Source of the DNA: Octopus vulgaris
Taxonomy: Eukaryota
Length of the DNA: 64,000 bases
Reading direction: 5' to 3'
NCBI GenBank assembly: GCA_951406725.2
Contig: OX597835.1
Location: forward strand, 38,316,001 to 38,380,000
This document shows positions 42,372 through 55,802 of the stretch, piece by piece. Made by a program: the position numbers and the translations under genes. Position 1 is the first letter of the stretch. Every line of letters begins with the position of its first letter. Under the pieces are notes generated by a model that saw only the letters and a program-made list of their open reading frames with translations, ran no database searches and was not told where the DNA came from.

Positions 42372-42887
42372 GATGATGATGACGACGACGACGAAGACGG
42401 CGATGATAATGACATCGATGTTGATGATTAGGATAATGATGACGACGATGATGTCAGTGCTGCTGCTGAAGGTGATGACGATCATGATGAGTGTTGTGTA
42501 GTTGTTGTTGTTGTTGTTGGTGTTGTTGTTGTTGGTGGTGGTGGTAGTAATGATGATGATGATAATAAGAAAAGTCGCTGCAGCGAAAGCGTTTTTTTGC
42601 TGCTGATGAGGATAATTAGGATTCTGATGACGACGGCGACGACAAGGCTGTTGGCGATGGCAGCAGCTATGATGCTGATGAGGACAACGACCATGACGAC
42701 GATGTTCATGATGACGATGATGATGATGGTGATGCCAGCAAACAGCCACTATAAAGCAAAAAACCAAAACAGCAAATACCAAAAGCATCATCATCATCAT
42801 CAACGGTCAACGACACAACAGAATTAAAAATAATAACAATAATGATGATGATGATGATAATAACAATAATAATAATAATAGTAATGA

Positions 42888-42918
<31 letters not shown>

Positions 42919-42983
42919 GTAATAATAATAATAATAGTAATAATAATAATAGTAGTAATAATAATAATGATAATAATAATAAC

Positions 42984-43038
<55 letters not shown>

Positions 43039-43084
43039 GTAATAATAATGATAATAATAATAATGATAATAATAATAATAATAA

Positions 43085-43128
<44 letters not shown>

Positions 43129-43740
43129 GCAACAACAACAACCACTACTACAACAATAACATGCAGCAACAACGAAACTATAGAGATAAGAGGATTACGA
43201 CAGGGTTTATCGTTATTTCATCTTCAAGAGAGAGAGAGAGAGAGAAGAGGGGGAGAGAGGGGTGGCAAGAGAGAGAGAGAGAAAAAGGAGAATGTGTGTG
43301 TGAGTAATACGGCGTCCATACCTATGTGTGTACGGATATGTTAATGTGTGCGTGTGGACATGTGTGTGTGCGTGTTACGGAGGCGGAGTATGTTGATAGG
43401 GAGAATCAAACTGATGATCTGCGGGATAATAATTTATTAAAGGAAGCTAGAGGGAGAGGAGGAGGAGGAGGAGGGGGAGAGGAAGAAGTGGAAGAAAGAG
43501 GAGGAGGAAGAAGGAGGAGGAGAAGAAGAAGAAGACGACGACGAAGAAGAAGAAAAAGAAATTGTAGTAGAAGAAGAAGAAGAAGAAGAAGAAGAAGAAG
43601 AAGAAAGAAGAAGAAAAAGAAAATGAAGAAGAAGAAAAAGAAAAAGAAGAAGAAAAAGAAAAAGAAGAAGAAGAAAAAGAAAAAGAAGAAAAAGAAGAAC
43701 AAGAACAAGAACAAGAACAAGAAAAAGAAGAAGAAAGGGT
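42305..43740. repeat. Mosaic of trinucleotide tracts (GAT, GTT, AAT, GGA, AAG)
   Basis: Direct reading. Confidence 0.9.
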
Positions 43741-43860
43741 TGTTGGAAATGCTGTTGTTGTTGTCGTGGTGATGGTGTTATGGTAGAAGAAGCGGCAAAA
43801 AAAAACATAACCTTAACCACCACAAAGCAACAATAACAACAATACAATTCAGATATGAGA

Positions 43861-43918
<58 letters not shown>

Positions 43919-43919
43919 T

Positions 43920-44680
43920 TTGCCATCAAAGTGACACTGGGGTAAAATATACGAAGCCCAATACACCCATCATGACTACCCGTCTGATAAGAGTACACCC
44001 GGCACACAACCATATGTGTGTGACATGGTGATCTCATATCAAGAAAAACAGCGCATGACCTTGCAGTTGGGGCCCAGTTAGAATTTTCTTCAGGTTGAGT
44101 AGCCCATCCCGCACAAAAGATCCTTGAATAAGGGTTGTTTAAGGATGTTGAACGAAATACCCATGTTTCCAGAGGTGAATTATTCAAACCCGAAAGAATT
44201 CCTCTGAACACATGGCTATGATGATCCCCCACTACTTCTACTCGTGGTCAGAAATGCACATATCGTCAGCCACTAAGGAACATGCTCAACTGATTAAGGT
44301 CAAACAGGTGACAAGCAAATCTGTGGTATTGAGCAGAATATTTGCTGTAGCCCATCTTTTATATCAAGACAAAACAATGTACATCATAACACTTCCAATC
44401 AGTTAAGATCAGAAGCCATTAGAGCCACTCTCTGGTACTGCATCAGGGCATGGAATCCCTCACAACACATGGCTATGATGCTCCCCCACGACTTCTGCTC
44501 GTTATCAGAGATGCACATATCATCAACCATTGAGGGACATGCTCAACTGGTTAAGGTCAAACAACTGACAAGCAAATCTGTGGTATTGAGCAGAATAGTT
44601 GCTGTAGCCCATCTTTTATACAAAGACAAAACAATGTACATGATAACACTTCCGATCGATTGAAACGAAAGCCACTGCCT
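43920..44680. mobile_element. Unclassified interspersed repeat with ~230-250 bp internal tandem duplication
   Basis: aacacatggctatgatg..tgacaagcaaatctgtggtattgagcagaata..gacaaaacaatgtacat at ~44205 and ~44464. Confidence 0.65.
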
Positions 44681-44696
44681 ATTATTATTATTCATC

Positions 44697-44903
44697 CTGG
44701 GGCAAAATACTTTGCGACATTTCGCCCGTCGTTACGTCCTGAGTTCAAAATCCGCAGAGGTCGACTTTGCCTTTCATCCTTTCGGGGTCGATTAAATATG
44801 TAACAGTTACGCATTGGGGTCGATGTAATCGACTTAATCCGTTTGTCTGTCCTTGTTTGAACTATCTGTATTTAGCTCCTTATGGGCAATAAAAAAATAA
44901 GAA
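44697..44903 (+). mobile_element. SINE family B monomer
   Basis: gagttcaaaatccgcagaggtcgactttgcctttcatcctttcggggtcg. Confidence 0.85.
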
Positions 44904-45152
44904 ACAGAGGCCCTTCTTGAAGATGAAGCGACAGTAGCCTTCTATGGAGCATGCGAGGAAGAGTGTTTCCACACCGTAGATTGTCTCTTTGTCTCTGATT
45001 CAAAGTGATGAAACCAACACTCATCCTGGGTTAGGAAACATTCAAGGAAAGCAGCTGGGCCTGCCTCAAACAATGTCAGATTTTGGTGGTGATGGTTCCG
45101 ATGCAACTGGTGTTGTTAATCATGTTGATAATAGTGACGCTACTGATGTTTG

Positions 45153-45792
<640 letters not shown>

Positions 45793-45793
45793 A

Positions 45794-47856
45794 GTTTCTT
45801 TATTGGCCACACAAGGCTGCACACAGATGGGACAAGTTACAAGGTAGAGCTTTTCTTTTGGGGGAGAAAAAAAAGGGTGGCGTAGGTTTTCGATCAAAAG
45901 GGATCGTAAAAGGGAAAAAAGAACAAAAAAAAAAAAGAAAAAAGGAAAAAAGGAAAAGAAAAAAAAGAAAAAAGAAAAGAGGAAAAGAAAAAAAAGAAAA
46001 GAAAAATGAATAATGAAGAAAAAAGAGGAAAAAGGGGGAGAGGAAAATAGGGATCGTGTATCACAGCGTCATGATGTATGGTGTAAAGGGGAAAGCAAGT
46101 AAGGTTTATCCGAGGGAAGAAAAGCCTACGAAAAAGACCACGGTAACCTTGGTCAATATTGTTATATGTTACCACATTTGTTTGCATGTGGGTAACCCTC
46201 TGTTTTCAATTTCTGGGTTCATAGGATTATGCTCAAAGTGGCTTCGTCATTCATACGTGCCATCCTTGCTACATTCACCCATCTTTTTTTAAAACATTCG
46301 CTAGACAAAACTTGCCTCTCTACTCTCACTTTCCTTTTCGAGTGGTACTTGAAGAAGTTGATGAGAGATTGACCAGAGAGGAAAGTGTTTGTCTCCAATC
46401 CTTTCAGACGCGTCCACCAGATACATTCTTTCACCATAGCCACAAGGATGATGAAATTAGCTCTTCCTTCCCGTTTGAAGGAAGGAGGCGTGACAATATT
46501 GACGATAGATTCAGCTGATAAACCGACTCGTCCCACACGTGACAGCAGTTGTTCGACATAAGCCCACAGGTCGGAAATTGCTGGACACTGCACGAGTGCG
46601 TGCAGAACGGTTTCGTCGCTCTGATCGCATCTCGGGCAGGCTGGCCCCGTGTTTCTCGAGCCGTGTCTGTAGAGCTTATCCCGAACGGGTAGCGCTTCTC
46701 GGTAGCACTGCCAGGCCAGGGATCTCTGGAAGTTGTCCATGGGCCCTGGCCCGAAAGTCGTCCCGAACAGGCGGGTCAGGTATTCCTTGTCAACGTGTAG
46801 GTTCGCCCCGAGCTCGTCGTCGTACCTCCCCTCCACTAATCCCCTTTAGAATGCTTTGGTTGTGATGGAGTCACTCAAGATTGACACAGGACGGCAGAGT
46901 TGCTTGAGAGCAACGCGATGTACGTGTTCGCCACCTCCACCCGACCTTTAGGGACAGTTTCCTCTCGGCCCATTGCCGGGCGAGAGTAACCACCCTACTC
47001 GTTATCTCGTTCCAGTTCAACTCAACAGGACCGCCGGTCCAGCATCCCACAACGGTGGGACGGCATGGGCTTGCTTCTCCAGGTGCCTAGTCGCAAGCCC
47101 ACTGACTTTTCCCGGTTGATTTTTGCTCTTGTCACCGCTTCGTAGTTTTTCAGTGTCTCGCCGACCTGCTAGATATGCTCGTGGCTAGACACTATGACGG
47201 TGACGTCGTCCACGTATGCAGACACGCTCGTCCCGCATCCCAGTTCTCGCGGGATGCCCCTCAGAGTTGCCAGCTTCCGCAATAGTGGCTCGAGAGTCAA
47301 TACGTATAGAAGCGACGAGAGGGGCATCCCTGACGAACCGAATGTGCGATGTCGAAAGGTCTCGATAGATGTCCATTTACGCGAATTACCGAACGGATGC
47401 CTCTGTACAAAGCGGCTATCCAGCCGCGGAAGACGGGACCGAAGCCAGTCGCTCTGAGGACTGCCTCCAAGTATCGATGGTCTACCCTATCGAAAGCTTT
47501 CGATTGATCCAAATTGATCAGCGCCCCACCCATGCCAGGTTCGTTAACTACCCTGTCTATGATGTAGCGCATCAGGTGGAGGTTGTCATGGATGGTCCGG
47601 CCCGGCACGGCGCACGTTTGCGCCTTGTCGACCAGTTTCTCGATGATAAGCGCCAACCTCTTGGCTAACACCTTGGCCAAAATTTTCAAGTCTGCATTAA
47701 GCAGAGTGATGGGCCTAAAGTTATCTATTACATTTTCCTTGTTTAGATCTTTCTTCAGCAGTGTTACGGCTCCTCGGCTCACAAAACCAGGAATGCTCCC
47801 GTTTTGCTGCCAGTTGCAGTACACCGCTGCCAAGACGTCTCCAAACAAGTCTGGCA
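45794..47856 (-). mobile_element. 5'-truncated Tx1-clade (L1 superfamily) LINE: RT, zf-RVT, 3' UTR
   Basis: FRPITLLNADLKILAK, LDQSKAFDRV, SVRQGCP, AYVDD (47205-47216), CPRC..ETVLHALVQC; AATAAA at 45799-45804 (minus) then (TATC)n; frameshift, stop and internal deletion. Confidence 0.92.

Positions 47857-47946
<90 letters not shown>
47857..47946. repeat. (GATA)n microsatellite at the LINE 5' junction
   Basis: Direct reading. Confidence 0.97.
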
Positions 47947-48739
47947 CGGCAGATTGAAAAAGAGGCAGACAGCTAAATAGATAGAGAGAGAGAGACAGGC
48001 AGACAGATAGACAGACAGACGGACAGACTAAGTGATTCTTAATTAAGAGATACACTGGAAATATTACCTAATTGTATATTTCCACCTACAATGAGCTAAT
48101 CACTCCGCTTCTAAGGACGCTCCTGTGTGATTTGAGTAAAACTTTACTGTTATTTCCAGCATGTTGATCGGATAGCCAGTGACGCCTTGTTGAGAAACAC
48201 TGTCTGCAGAAGCTACTTGTATGGATAGCTACGGCAGCCGCATACAAATGTTTACTGGAATATTCTCAGCACATTTTGTGTCTCACTTGGGTATAACTTT
48301 CAAATCATTTTCCAATGGCCACCTCGAGCTCTTTCAAGATTCCATTTGATATTTCGTTATAATAGACCTGTCTACGAACGAATAGTTTCGTACGCATATT
48401 AAGTTCAACAAATGTCATCTCTTATCGTAAATTTAATTATCTTATATTGTAAAACCACCTGGAAGCAAAATAAACCATTTATTTAGATATTTATTTATTT
48501 ATTTATTTATTTTTGATATAAATTATATTGCTGAACAATGGTGGACTCTGTGTTCTCCTGTCGTGAACGACAGGTGAGGTCTCCGCACTTTCTTGCCGAA
48601 CAACCTGCTCAAGAAGATTTGTTTGTAATGGTAAAATGTTTGAACTAAACATTAACTCACTTCCTTTATCAAATCGATATTGCCTGGGCAGGTGCACAGT
48701 GTGCCACGCGTCAGATATCGAAATAATATCACAAAGCAA

Positions 48740-48860
48740 AGTGGAGTGAAGTAATGAAGTGTTTGTCCCAAGAACACAACACACGTCCGCTCCGGGAATC
48801 GAAGCAAAAAGATGGAGACTGTGAGAACAAAATGCTCGCCATTCGGCCGCGCGCCTTCAC
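48740..48860 (-). mobile_element. SINE family C head
   Basis: aagtgtttgtcccaagaacacaac..gggaatcgaa..ccattcggccgcgcgccttcac. Confidence 0.7.
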
Positions 48861-48960
48861 TACCGAACATTATCATCGTTATACAAACATAAGCGAGTCA
48901 GACAAGGTGGCGTCTTCATACGTATTGTATTACCGATGTATTATATTACCGTCACTATTT

Positions 48961-49086
48961 AGGCGTAGGAGTGGCTGTGTGGTAAGTAGCATGCCACCTT
49001 GGGCAAGTGTCTTCTACTATAGCCTCGGGCCGACCAAAGCCTTGTGAGTTGATTTTGTAGACGGAAACTGAAAGAAACCTGTCGTA

Positions 49087-49137
<51 letters not shown>

Positions 49138-49345
49138 TTGTGTGTCTGTGTTTGTCCCCACCCAACTTTGCTTGACGACCTATGCGGCTGTGTTTAAGTC
49201 TCCGTAACGTAGCGGTTCGGCAAAAGAGATCAATAGAATAAGTACTAGGCTTACAAAGAATAAGTCCTGGGGGTCGATTAGCTCGACTAATCGCGATGCT
49301 CCAGCATGGCCGCAGTCAAATGACTGAAACAAGTAAAAGAGTGTA
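48961..49345 (+). mobile_element. SINE family A with B-box deletion
   Basis: aggcgtaggagtggctgtgtggtaagtagc joined directly to gccaccttgggcaagtg. Confidence 0.88.
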
Positions 49346-49544
49346 AAGAGGTATGACATCATCAAGTATCAGATAATGTAGTGTCCTGATGCCCTAATTA
49401 TCCTTGTCTATCGTCGCCACATTACATCATTAGAGTATTTGCAAAGGCAACTCTCTACCCAGAATATTTAGCATGATCATGTTAAAAACGTTGCCAATGA
49501 ATTAGTTAAGGTGTCTGTTAATATTACTTAAATTAGGGGCTAAT

Positions 49545-49868
49545 ATTCCTTTCTACTATAAGCACAAGGCCTGAACTTTGTGGGGAAGAGGTAAGTCCAT
49601 TACATCTACCCCAGTGTTTCACCGGTACCTAATCTATCGACCTCGGAAGGATAAAAGGCAAATTCGACCCTAGTGGTATTTGAACTCAGAACGAAAGGGG
49701 CTATACACAGAGGGGACAAACAAGGACAGACAAACGGATTAAGTCGATTATACCGACCCCAGTGCGTAACTAGTACTTATTTAATTGATCCCGAAAGGAT
49801 GAAAGGCAAAGTCGACCTCGGCGGAATTTGAACACAGAACGTAACGACAGACGAAATACCGCTCAGCA
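49545..49868 (-). mobile_element. Two adjacent SINE family B copies
   Basis: Variant copy at 49545-49695 followed by a standard copy at 49696-49868. Confidence 0.8.
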
Positions 49869-50089
49869 TGGAGAATCTCTTTGATATCTGAGCAACGCAC
49901 TCGTTGCTTCGTCCTTTCAATGTTGCTGTAGAGATCAGTAAATTATTTAAGGCTGTACTAGACATGAAGGCAGTAGCAAAGGAAAATTTCTGATGCCTTG
50001 GTTGTAATGCGAAAATCCCTTTGGGATAGTGGCACTCCATCGATTACGACGTCGAGGGTTCCAGTTAAGTAAGCTGATGAAGTTAGAAA

Positions 50090-50342
50090 AGTAAAGTCAC
50101 CTTCTCGAGTCACGCCCAGTCATAAAGGCCGGTTTCCCGGTTTCATGCTGTATATATTCCCTACCTGGGCGGGACGCCGATCCATTCCAGTGTTATTCAT
50201 TTTTGCCAGGTGAGTGGACTGGAGCAACATGAAATGAAGTGTTTTGCTCAAGAACACAAGGTGTTGCCTGGTCCAAGAATCGATACCTACAATCTTACGA
50301 TCATGTGTCTAACACCCTAACCACTAAGCCACGCGCTTCCAC
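50090..50342 (-). mobile_element. SINE family C variant
   Basis: ggactggagcaacatgaaatgaagtgttttgctcaagaacac..ccctaaccactaagccacgcgcttccac. Confidence 0.8.
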
Positions 50343-50461
50343 AAGCTAAGGCGATGTCCTAACATCTTGAATATCTTGTACTGTTAACTTAGTATTATTA
50401 ATCCATCCGTCCAATTATTTGTTTTCGCCCACTGTTCCCGTAGAGTCGTGAAAGTAGAATC

Positions 50462-50625
50462 CTCGGGCAACTCTTCCATATGGTCCTATCTCAAGTAACT
50501 ATCATTAGATTTTCGGACTGGATTCCCAAGTGCCACTATTGGATATTAACCAACCATTTCATTCCTGAGCTAACCTTACGTCTCCTGCCGGCAGGTAAGA
50601 CTTGAAGAATCTGTCTTGGGATCAA
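50462..50625 (-). pseudogene. Decayed RTE-clade LINE C-terminus
   Basis: IPRQILQVLPAGRRRK..KWLVNI..LGI..DRTIWK resembles the RTE terminal motif P.G.R.RGRP..RW.D.I..DR..W. Confidence 0.5.
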
Positions 50626-51025
50626 GCGCGCTAGAACGTGATACTGCTAGCTCTTTGAAATACAGATACTGTTTATTTTTGCCAGCTGAGATGACAGGAG
50701 AAGCGTGAAAATAAAGTGCTCAAAGACACAACACGTCACCGGGAATTGAACTCAAGACCGTACGATCGTGAGCCAAATACTTTAACCACTATGTTATGCA
50801 CCTTTTCTAGTTTAGGATAACTCTGAGCTAAACTGATATTGTTTGTACTGCAGCAGGTACTTCAAGGATCGCATATGAGTACATTGAGGAGTATTAGACT
50901 TTTCGGTGTAGAATTAATCTGTGACATTTGGGGACGCTCATGTTGCTAGTTTAGCCAATAAAAACACACGCACTATATATTTGGTGTTCACTTGCTTCAG
51001 TTTTATTTTATATTTATTGTATTTT

Positions 51026-51069
51026 GGCCAGAGTTCTTTCGTCACACTTCTGTGACCTCATCAGAGGTC
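51026..51069 (-). ncRNA. Minimal hammerhead ribozyme motif
   Basis: gacct-CTGATGA-g-gtcaca-gaag-tgtgac-GAAA-gaac-TC-tggcc. Confidence 0.65.
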
Positions 51070-51144
51070 CTTTGCTTTCTTCTTTCTTGTTTTGTGTCTC
51101 TCCTTACAAACGATCTGCCATTTTGTGTGATACAAAAAGCAAAT

Positions 51145-51188
51145 GACCACTGATGAGGTCACAGAAGTGTGACGAAAAATCTCTGGCC
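51145..51188 (+). ncRNA. Minimal hammerhead ribozyme motif
   Basis: gacca-CTGATGA-g-gtcaca-gaag-tgtgac-GAAA-aatc-TC-tggcc. Confidence 0.7.
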
Positions 51189-51481
51189 GAAATACAATTA
51201 ATATAAAAATAGAGCTGAAGCAAGTGAGCACCAAATATATACTGCGTGTGTTTTCATTGGCTAAACTGGTTACATGACCATCCCCAAATACAGCAATATC
51301 TGTTTCAACACACGAATTCACGTCAAGAATCTTGCAAAACGAATTCATAAACGTCATCTGTGACAAATGTAATACAATGTGGAAAACGCTGAAATTGCAT
51401 ACCTAACCGTACAGTCATCTGCGTTGGTATACAGATAAGAGAAACACACTAGTGTATACACGCGCACACACATGCATTGAT

Positions 51482-51742
51482 ATACTCTTTTTACTCTTTA
51501 CTCTTTTACTTCTTTCAGTCATTTGACTGTGGCCATGCTGGAGCACCACCTTCAGTCGAGCAAATCGACCCCATATATATATATATTCTTTTATTCTTTT
51601 ACTTGGACTTATTCTTTGTAAGCCTAGCACTTATTCTATCGGTCTCTTTTGCCGAACCGCTAAGTTACGGGGACGTAAACACACGAGCATCGGTTGTCAA
51701 GCGATGTTGGGGGGACAAACACAGAGACAAACACACACACAC

Positions 51743-51777
<35 letters not shown>

Positions 51778-51941
51778 TGACGGGCTTCTTTCAGTTTCCG
51801 TCTACCAAATCCACTCACAAGGCCTTGGTCTGCCCGAGGCTATAGTAGAAGACACTTGCCCAAGGTGCCACGCAGTGGGACTGAACCCGGAACCATGTGG
51901 TTGGTAAGCAAGCTACTTACCACACAACCATTCCTGCGCCT
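51482..51941 (-). mobile_element. SINE family A, full length
   Basis: tactctttttactc..cagtgggactgaacccggaacc..cctgcgcct. Confidence 0.92.
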
Positions 51942-52438
51942 ATATATATAAATACGCACATACATACATACGCACATATACGTGTAAAAATCTACACAGA
52001 GACACTGAGTGAAGACTCATATTGATGTGCACACGTACAGAAACACATTACTGAACGAAACATAGGACTCTTTAATTGAGCCAACAAATGTTCGTCTATA
52101 TGGTGGCTGGAGGGAGAAAGGAGAGGCGTAGAGAGAGGCAGAATTAGAGAGAGAGAGAAGGGGAGAGAGAGGCAGAGGGGGAGAGAGAGGTAGAGTGAGG
52201 GAGAGAAAGAGAAACAGGTGGAGAGAGCGTAAAGGATAGAGCGGGCGAGAGGGAAATAGATTGAAAGAGAGGAGACGAGTAATTTTGTTTGCGAATAGAG
52301 AGTAAAATAGTGTTTAGATGAGAGAGGGGGGAGAGAGATAGAGAGAGAGGATGCTATAAAGAGGAGAAAGAAGGAAGAGAGGATGAGATAAAGAGAGGAG
52401 AGATGAGAGTGAGAACGAGAGAGACAGGAAAGAAAATA

Positions 52439-52469
<31 letters not shown>

Positions 52470-52601
52470 TTGAAAAATGTATAAAAGTAAGGGCATACAT
52501 ATATATAATGAGGGCGAGAGAGAGAAAGAAAGAGAACGGGAGAGAGAGAGAGTGTGTGTTTGTGAGAGAGAGAGAGAAAGAGAAAGAGAGAGAGAGCGAG
52601 A

Positions 52602-52633
<32 letters not shown>

Positions 52634-53856
52634 AAACGATGACGAGAGACAAAGACAACGAGAAGATAGATAGAATAAGAGTGAGAAGCGGGGAAAATGG
52701 GAGAAGAGTGAAAAAGAGGGGGAAGAGAAGAACAGTGTCGTGTTTGACAGAGGAGATTAAGAAAAAGCGAGAATGAAGGAGAAAGAAGATAATTGGGGAA
52801 CGAGTGAAAACAGCAAGAATGGAAGAGGGTGAAGGAGAGGAAGTGAGAGTGCAAGAATGAGCGGAAGAGGGATGTAAACACGAAATATAAAGCAGCAATT
52901 AAATAGACAACATATTTAAACAAATATTGCAAATACGAGGGTTAAAATAAGAAGACATTGTTTGACAAGGCAGGGCGCGGCGGAAGAACGAGGTTTAGAG
53001 AAGGGTGACAAAGAGGATAAGTGGGAGGAGGGAACACTGTGTGTATTTGTGTGTGTGTGAATGTGAGTCTTTGTGTGTGTGTGTGTTTGTATGTGTGGGT
53101 TTGTGTGTGGAAGAGTATTTGTGTGTATGTGTTTGTGTTTGTGAAGTTGAAGTAGAGAAGTGGAAAAAGAGATAAAGAGACAAGCAGATAGATAGAGAGA
53201 GAGAGTGAGAGAGAGAGAGAAAGAGGAGAAATAGTGAGAGAAAGTAAGTGAGAGTGTGAGAGAGTGAGAGAGTGAGAGACAGTGATCTAAACGACATACA
53301 AATCATTGGAATAAAGCTAAAGCAAACGACACTATTGAGCAAATATTGCCAGCAAGGCAGAAATAAATGAGAGAGGGAGAACGAGAGGGAGAACGAGAGG
53401 GAGAACGAGAGAAGGACAGAGATTGAAAGAGGGAGAGAGAGAGAGGGGGGGAGAGCGATAGAGAGATAGAGATGTGCAAACAGCAGCAGAAACCGCCAAA
53501 TAAATAGAGAACGTATTTTGTGCAAACATTACAAATGAAAAAAAAAGTAAAATGGAAAACGAAACAAAATCGGTGAAAGAAATAAAAAGGAGAAATATAA
53601 AAAAAAAAGAATAGAAATAAACGAAAAAGGAAATAAATAAATAGATAAATAAATATAGAGATTTTGGAAATATAGAAAGAGAAAAGAGAGAAAGGAAGGA
53701 AGAAGCAAATAAAGGAAGGGAAGAAAGAGATACAAAATGGTGGTAAAGGGGAAAAAATCAGGGAGGGAAAGAAAGAAAGAAGGGAAAAGAGAAAGGGAGA
53801 AAGAGAGGAGGGAAGAAAGAAGGAAGAAAGAAAGAAATGAAGATGATAAGGACTTT

Positions 53857-53958
53857 AGAAGAAGAAGAAGAAGAAGAAGAAGAAGAAGAAGAAGAAGAAG
53901 AAGAAGAAGAAGAAGAAGAAGAAGAAGAAGAAGAAGAAGAAGAAGAAGCAGAAGAAGA
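53857..53958. repeat. (AAG)n microsatellite
   Basis: Direct reading. Confidence 0.97.
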
Positions 53959-54571
53959 TTGCATTTGATTTCCGAAATGTTTTAGAGATAAATAAATGTC
54001 TTCGAAAGACAAAGATTTTGTGCTTCCAGAAAGCAGAAGCGACTTGCCAAATAGTTGTAAGTAATGAAACCATGTAAAGACGAGAAATGCGAGAAGAAAC
54101 GACTTGGGCACATCTTCCGCAGGAAAAAGCAATAGTTAAGTGAGTGATCTTGTGTAATATAATGAATCTGAAACAACTTAGTTAATTAAATTTGTAGTCG
54201 TGGTGGAGAGGCGAAATCTCCGTTACCTTGATACCTAATCCTGGTCAGAAAAAGGCAAGTGGAGATAATCTCGACATTTTGAAGTGATTAAATTTTAATT
54301 AAGATTTGAATAAAGTATGGCGTGCATTGGGAACGAGTTTGATGTTTTGTAAGTACGGTAGGTAACTCTTGACATATTTCGGTTTTATGAAACCTCATCG
54401 GTGAAGTAGTTAAACCAAAATTATCACTTTAAGGATGACTTGAATGAGATGTAGAATTTTGTGAAGAGGAAAATTCGCAAAAAAAAAAGAAAAAGAAAAA
54501 ACAAAGCTAGTTCGAGTTTTGTGCATATCCTTTCCTATTGTCATGAATGTTGGTTGATCAATGAAAGGGTA

Positions 54572-54984
54572 TACTCTTTTACTCTTTTACTTGTTTCAGT
54601 CATCTGACTGTGGCCATGCTGGAGTACCGCCTTTAGTCGAGTAAATCGACCCCAGGGCTTATTCTTTGTAAGCCTAGTACTTATTCTATCGGTCTCTTTT
54701 GCCGAACCGCTAAGTTACGGGAACGTAAACACACCAGCATCGGTTGTCAAGCAATGTTGGGGAGACAAACACAGACACACAAATACACATACATATACAT
54801 ATATATATACATATGTACGACGGGGTTCTTTCAGTTTCCGTCTACCAAATCCACTCACAAGGCTTTGGGGTCGGCCCGAGGCTATAGTAGAAGACACTTG
54901 CCCAAGGTGCCACGCGGTGGGACTGAACCTGGAACCATGTGGTTGGTAAGCAAGCTACTTATTACACAGCCACACCTGCGCCTA
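54572..54984 (-). mobile_element. SINE family A, full length
   Basis: Close match to 51482-51941. Confidence 0.92.
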
Positions 54985-55354
54985 TGAGAGCGAATACAAA
55001 AGATAGAAATGAGATTCCTCCAAATGATCTCTGGAAAAATGTTTTTTGACAGAGTCTGTAGCTCAGATATTAAGGCGTCTATCCTATCACGGTCGAACAG
55101 TAACTCTTGATATATTTCGGCTTTATGAAACCTCTTCAGGTCGAACAGTGAAAGCATATGGTTTACTGGTTACTGTATTGGTCTCACGATCGTAAGGTCA
55201 TGAGTTCGATTCTTGGCGGCGCGATGCATCCTTGAGTGAGACACTTTATTCGATGGCGTGTAGAGACACGGTATTTCGTTATATAACAAAAATATTCTAC
55301 AATTTTAAACGTTTTTATAAGTCACTCCTCTGACCAATTGTGTTAGCAGTACTA

Positions 55355-55590
55355 TTGGAGATTTCTCCTTTCCACCTGAGACCCCCTTCGGTCACGACAC
55401 TGCCCATGAGATTGCATCTAGAAAGTTACCCTCTCAGGCACAAGTCCGGGCAAGTTTGTTTATTGAAGGCCAGCAGTCGCCCATGCATACCGGCTTCTCC
55501 TCTCCACACCACTGATGTTATCCAAGGGATAGGCAAAGGCCGATACAGCTTGGCACCTGTGACGTCACAACTCATTTCTACAGATAAATA
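55355..55590 (-). mobile_element. SINE family C 3' part (a family C head lies on the plus strand at ~55148-55250)
   Basis: cccttcggtcacgac..gaaggccagcagtcgcccatgcatacc..ctctccacaccactga matches the reverse complement of 37720-37912. Confidence 0.75.
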
Positions 55591-55757
55591 GAACCTCCGT
55601 CAATAAGGTAGAAAAAGATTCCTCTTCATTTCTCATACAGCCACTCATATACACTGCGGAATTAGTCTCTCGCAAAGACACCAGAATCTAAGTTTGAATC
55701 ACTTGAACGCTGCAAGGTGTTTTCTATACCGAGAATCTCTGGATCTTGTCTTTTGAC

Positions 55758-55802
<45 letters not shown>

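Larger units (their letters stand above)
50926..51289. mobile_element. Inverted Penelope-like terminal repeats (~150 bp arms), each with a hammerhead motif
   Basis: 50926-51078 is the near reverse complement of 51136-51289. Confidence 0.85.

Noticed and set aside
47857-48055. N-terminal extension of the RT ORF 47297-48055
   Set aside because: YLSI repeats are the flanking (TATC)n read in frame, not part of the LINE
48150-48420. Possible very old Tc1 3' remnant (also 24250-24540)
   Set aside because: Only vague motif similarity and no TIRs recognised
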